From the human T2T-CHM13v2.0 reference genome, Homo sapiens, in NCBI RefSeq assembly GCF_009914755.1, contig NC_060933.1: a stretch of 64,000 nt of DNA; one strand, 5' to 3'. The notes below the pieces were generated by a model. The model was not told where the DNA came from, did not search any database, and was given only the letters and a program-made list of their open reading frames with translations. A program made the position numbers and the translations under genes. Below, one piece after another: positions 59,325 to 64,000 of this stretch. Position 1 is the first letter of the stretch. Every line of letters starts with the position of its first letter.

Positions 59325-61315
59325 GAACAACCCGAATGGATTGGAATGTAATGGAGAGTAAGGGAGTTCAATAGAATCAATCCGAATGTAATGGAATGGA
59401 ATGCAACGGATTGGAATGGAATGGAATGGGATGGAATGCAATGGAATGGAATCAACCCGAGTACAATGGAATGGAATGGAATGGAATGGAATGGAATGGA
59501 ATGGAATGCCTTCAAACCGAATGGAATGGAAAGGAATGGAATCAACACGAGTGGAATGGAATGGAATGGAATGGAATGGAATGGAATGGAATGGAATGGA
59601 ATGATACGGAATAGAATGTAATGGAACGAAATGGAATGGAATGGAATGGAATGGAATGGAATGGAATGGAATGGAATGGAATGGAATCGTTCCGAGTGGA
59701 ATAGGAGGGAATGTATTCGAGTTGAATGGAAAGGAATGGAATCAACCAGAGTGGAATGGAAGGGAACGGAATGGAATGGAAACTAATAGAATGGAATCAA
59801 CCCGAGTGGAATGGAATGGAAAGGACTGGAATGGAATGGAATGGAATGGAATGGAATCAACTCGATTGTAATGGAATGGAATGGAATGGAATGGAATGGA
59901 ATGGAATGGAATTAACCCGAATACAATGGAATGGAATGGAATGCAACGGAATGGAGTGGAATGGAATGGAATCAACCCGAGTGCAGGGGAATGCAATGGA
60001 ATGGAATGCAATGGAATGGAGTCATCCGGAATGGAATGGAATGGAATGGAATGCAAAGCAATGGAATCAACTCGATTGCAATGGAATGGAATGGAATGGA
60101 AAGGAATACATTGGAATCAACCCGAGTGGAATGGAATGGAAAGGACTGGAATGGAGTGGAATGGAATGGAATGGAATGGAATGGAATCAACTCGATTGGA
60201 ATGGAATGGAATGGAATGGAATGGAATGGAATGGAATGGAATGGAATGGAATTAACCCGAATAGAATGGAATGGAATGGAGTGGAACGGAACGGAACGGA
60301 ATGGAATTGAATGGAATGGAATGGAATGGAATGGAATGGAATGGAATCAACCAGACTGCAGGGGAATGGAATGGAATGGAATGCAATGGAATGGATTCAA
60401 CTTGAATGGAATGGAAAGAATGGAATCAACACGAGTGGAATGGCATGGATTGGAATGGAATGGAATGGAGTCAACCCGAGTACAGGGGAATGGAATGGAA
60501 TGGAATGCAATGGAATGGAATCATCCGTAATGGAATGGAAAGGAATGGAATGGAATGGAATGGAATGGAATGGAATAGAATCAACTCGATTGCAATCGAA
60601 TGGAATGGAATGGAATTAACCCAAATAGAATGGAATGGAATGGAATGGAACGGAACGGAACGGAAAGGAATGGAATGGAATGGAATGGAACGGAAAGGAA
60701 AGGAATGGAATGGAATAGAATGGAATGGAATGGAATCAACGCGAGTGCAGGGGAATGGAATGGAATGGAATGCAATGGAATGGAATCTTCCGGAATGGAA
60801 TGGAATGGAATGGAATGGAATGGAATCAACCCGAGTGCAGTGGAATGGAGTGGAATGGAATGGAATGGAATGGAACAACCCGAATGGAACGGAATGTAAT
60901 GGAGAGTAAGGGAGTTGAATAGAATCAATCCGAATGTAATGGAATGGAATGGAACGGAATGGAATTGAATGGAATGGAATGGAATGCAATGGAATGGAAT
61001 CAACCCGAGAGCAATGGAATGGAGAGGAATGGAATGGAATGGAATGGAAACTACCCGAATGGAATGGAATGTAATGGAGTGTAAGGGAATTGAATAGAAT
61101 CAATCCGAATGTAATGGAATGGAATGGAACGGACTGGAATGGAATGGAATGGAATGGAATGGAATGGAATGGAATGCAATGTAATGGAATCAACCCGAGT
61201 GCAATTGAATGGAATCGAATGGAATGGAATGCAATGGAATGGATTCAACTTGAATGGAATGGAAAGAATGGAATCAACACGAGTGGAATGGCATGGATTG
61301 GAATGGAATGGAATG
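59325..61315 (+). repeat. Dispersed duplication, copy 2 (matches ~50560-52310, with 230 bp extra)
   Basis: Same shared variants as copy 1. Confidence 0.85.
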
Positions 61316-62915
61316 GAATGAACCCGAGTACAGGGGAATGGAATGGATTGGAATGCAATGGAATGGAATCATCCGTAATGGAATGGAAAGGAATGGAATA
61401 GAATGGAATGGAATGGAATGGAATCAACTCGATTGCAATCGAATGGAATGGAATGGAATTAACCCGCATAGAATGGAATGGAATGGAATGGAACTTAACG
61501 GAACGGAATGAAATGGAATGGAATGGAACGGAACGGAACGGAATGGAATGGAATGGAATGGAATGGAATGGAATGGAATGGAATCAACGCGAGTGCAGGG
61601 GAATGGAATGGAATGGAATGCAATGGAATGGAATCTTCCGGAATGGAATGGAATGGAATGGAATGGAATGGAATGGAATGAAATTCAATGGATTCAACTC
61701 GATTGCAATGGAATGGAATAGAATGGAATGGAATGGAATGGAATGGAATGGAATGGAATTAACCCAAATAGAATGGAATGGAATGGAATGGAACGGAATG
61801 GAACGGAATGGAATGGAATGGAATGGAATGGAATGGTATGGAATGGATTGGAATGGTACGGAATAGAATGGAATGGAACGAATTGTAATGGAATGGAATG
61901 GAATGGAATGGAATGGAATCAACGCCAGTGCAGGGGAATGGAATGGAATGGAATGCAATGGAATGGAATCTTCCGGAATGGAATGGAATGGAATGGAATG
62001 GAATGGAATGGAATGGAATGGAATCAACCCGAGTGCAATGGAATGGAGTGGAATGGAATGGAATGTAATGGAACAACCCGAATGGAATGGAATGTAATGG
62101 AGAGTAAGGGAGTTGAATAGAATCAATCCGAATGTAATGGAATGGAATGGAACGGAATGGAATTGAATGGAATGGGATGGAATGCAATGGAATGGAATCA
62201 ACCCGAGTGCAATGGAATGGAGAGGAATGGAATGGAATGGAATGGAAACTACCCGAATGGAATGGAATGTAATGGAGTGTAAGGGAATTGAATAGAATCA
62301 ATCAGAATGTAATGGAATGGAATGGAACGGAATGGAATGGAATGGAATGGAATGGAATGCAATGGTATGGAATCAACCCGAGTGCAATCCAATGGAATCG
62401 AATGGAATGGAATGCAATGGAATGGATTCAACTTGAATGGAATGGAAAGAATGGAATCAACACGAGTGGAATGGCATGGATTGGAATGGAATGGAATGGA
62501 ATCAACCCGAGTACAGGGGAATGGAATGGAATGGAATGCAATGGAATGGAATCATCCGTAATGGAATGGAAAGGAATGGAATGGAATGGAATCAACTCGA
62601 TTGCAATCGAATGGAATGGAATGGAATTAACCCGAATAGAATGGAATGGAATGGAATGGGACGGAACGGAACGGAATGGAATGGAATGGAAGGGAATGGA
62701 ATGGAACGGAAAGGAATGGAATGGAATGGAATGGAATGGAATGGAATGGAATGGAATCAACGCGAGTGCAGGGGAATGGAATGGAATGGAATGCAAAGGA
62801 ATGGAATCTTCCGGAATTGAATGGAATGGAATGCAATGGAATGAAATGCAATGGATTCAACTCGATTGCAATGGAATGGAATAGAATGGAATGGAATGGA
62901 ATGGAATGGAATGGA
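61315..62915 (+). repeat. Long-range copy of the window-start haplotype (~235-850 fused to ~7190-8150-like sequence)
   Basis: ORFs 166/61245 and 175/61254 (offset 61079); 7503/62249, 7542/62288 and 7682/62428 (offset 54746). Variants TAACCCGCATAG, GGAACTTAACGG and CAACGCCAGTG. Confidence 0.85.
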
Positions 62916-64000
62916 ATGGAATGGAATGGAATGGAATTAACCCGAATAGAATGGAATGGAATGGAATGGAACGGAATGGAACCGAATGGAATGGAATGGA
63001 ATGGTATGGAATGGAATGGAATGGTACGGAATAGAATGGAATGGAACGAATTGTAATGGAATGGAATTGAATGGAATGGAATGGAATGGAATGGAATCAA
63101 CGCAAGTGCAGGGGAATGTAATGGAACGGAATGCAATGGAATGGAATCATCCGGAATGGAATGGAATGGAATGGAATGCAATGGAATGGAATCAACCCGA
63201 TTGCAATGGAATGGAGTGGAATGGAATGGAATGGAATGCAACAACCGGAATGGAATGGAATGTAATGGAGAGTAAGGGAGTTGAATAGAATCCATCCGAA
63301 TGTAATGGAATGGAATGCAAAGGAATGGAATGGAATGGAATGGAATGGAATGGAATGGAATGGAATGCAATGGAATGGAATCAACCCGAGGACAATGGAA
63401 TGGAATGGAATGGAATGGAATGGAATGGAATGGAATGGAATGGAATGCCTTCAAACCGAATGGAATGGAAAGGAAAGGAATCAACACGAGTGGAATGGAA
63501 TGGAATGGAATGGAATGGAATGGAATGGAATGGAATGATACGGAATAGAATGGAATGCAACGAAATGGAATGGAATGGAATGGAATGGAATGGAATGGAA
63601 TGGAATCGTTCCGAGTGGAATAGGAGGGAATGTATTCGAGTGGAATGGAAAGGAATGGAATCAACCATAGTGGAATGGAAGGGAATGGAATGGAATGGTA
63701 ACTAATAGAATGGAATCAACCCGAGTGGAATGGAATGGAAAGGACTGGAATGGAATGGAATGGAATGGAATGGAATCAACTCGATTGTAATGGAATGGAA
63801 TGGAATGGAATGGAATGGAATGGAATTAACCCGAATACAATGGAATGGAATGGAATGGAACGGAATGGAGTGGAATGGAATGGAATCAACCCGAGTGCAG
63901 GGGAATGGAATGGAATGGAATGCAATGGAATGGAATCATCCGGAATGGAATGGAATGGAATGGAATGCAAAGCAATGGAATCAACTCGATTGCAATGGAA

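Larger units (their letters stand above)
1..64000 (+). repeat. Satellite III (HSat3-type) array, (GGAAT)n with interspersed CAACCCGAGT-type decamers; probably HSat3B-like pericentromeric heterochromatin
   Basis: GGAAT pentamer runs from the first base to the last. Recurrent CAACCCGAGT, CAACTCGATT, CAACGCGAGT, CAACACGAGT and TAACCCGAAT interruptions match the classical Sat III description CAACCCGA(G/A)T(GGAAT)n. It lacks the CATTCGATTC/ATCATCG-dominated pattern of HSat2. No strand switch is seen. The subfamily call is less certain than the family call. Confidence 0.97.

Noticed and set aside
15-63970. Hundreds of ORFs on both strands (MEWNG and IPFHS repeats), up to 401 aa at 27594-28799 and 343-345 aa at 11136-12167 and 62627-63664
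   Set aside because: (GGAAT)n has no stop codon in any frame and supplies an ATG every 5 bp. The ORFs overlap in all frames, break at arbitrary substitutions and show no domain or codon structure. They are translation artefacts.
1-64000. CRISPR-like alternation of conserved words and spacers
   Set aside because: The spacers are just GGAAT runs rather than unique sequences. There is no leader and no cas genes, and the DNA is primate-type satellite.
1-64000. Centromeric alpha satellite, CENP-B boxes or telomeric repeats
   Set aside because: I saw no 171 bp monomer, CENP-B box or TTAGGG array. TAAGGG occurs only singly within modules Y and Y'.
1-64000. SatIII lncRNA as an annotated ncRNA feature
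   Set aside because: Transcription is plausible for this family, but no start, end or promoter can be defined from the sequence.
1-64000. Assignment to a specific chromosome (e.g. 9q12) or species
   Set aside because: Related HSat3 arrays occur on several human chromosomes and in great apes. Assignment needs alignment to reference assemblies.
1-64000. SCA31-type pathogenic (TGGAA)n expansion
   Set aside because: The pentamer is the same, but this is a huge, complex, interrupted satellite with no unique flanks or TAGAA/TAAAA tracts.

Overview
The whole 64 kb window is one uninterrupted, single-orientation tandem satellite array of the pentamer GGAAT (CATTC on the minus strand). It is interspersed with CAACCCGAGT/CAACTCGATT/CAACGCGAGT-type decamers, which is the classical primate (human-type) Satellite III / HSat3 signature, most like the CAACCCGAGT-rich HSat3B class. 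Species and chromosome cannot be assigned from the sequence alone. I see no genes, RNA genes, transposons, alpha satellite or CRISPR. All listed ORFs (MEWNG.../IPFHS...) arise because the pentamer has no stop codons. The real structure is higher order. (1) A small vocabulary of variant modules recurs in conserved order. (2) Nested duplications and deletions can be ordered in time: about 2.1 kb inside about 4.9 kb at 1-10.3 kb; a large duplication 9951-28504 vs 28505-38282 with internal 733 bp and about 4.4-4.7 kb duplications; a patchwork at 41-48.5 kb; an about 9 kb-offset copy; and a return of the window-start haplotype at about 61.3 kb. (3) A (GTAAT)n microsatellite appears to be newly forming. 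(4) A perfect three-unit heat-shock element (GGAATCTTCCGGAAT) recurs roughly 40-45 times. I found no evidence of a novel protein-coding system. Breakpoints were read by eye and from ORF-track offsets, and are approximate to within a few pentamers.
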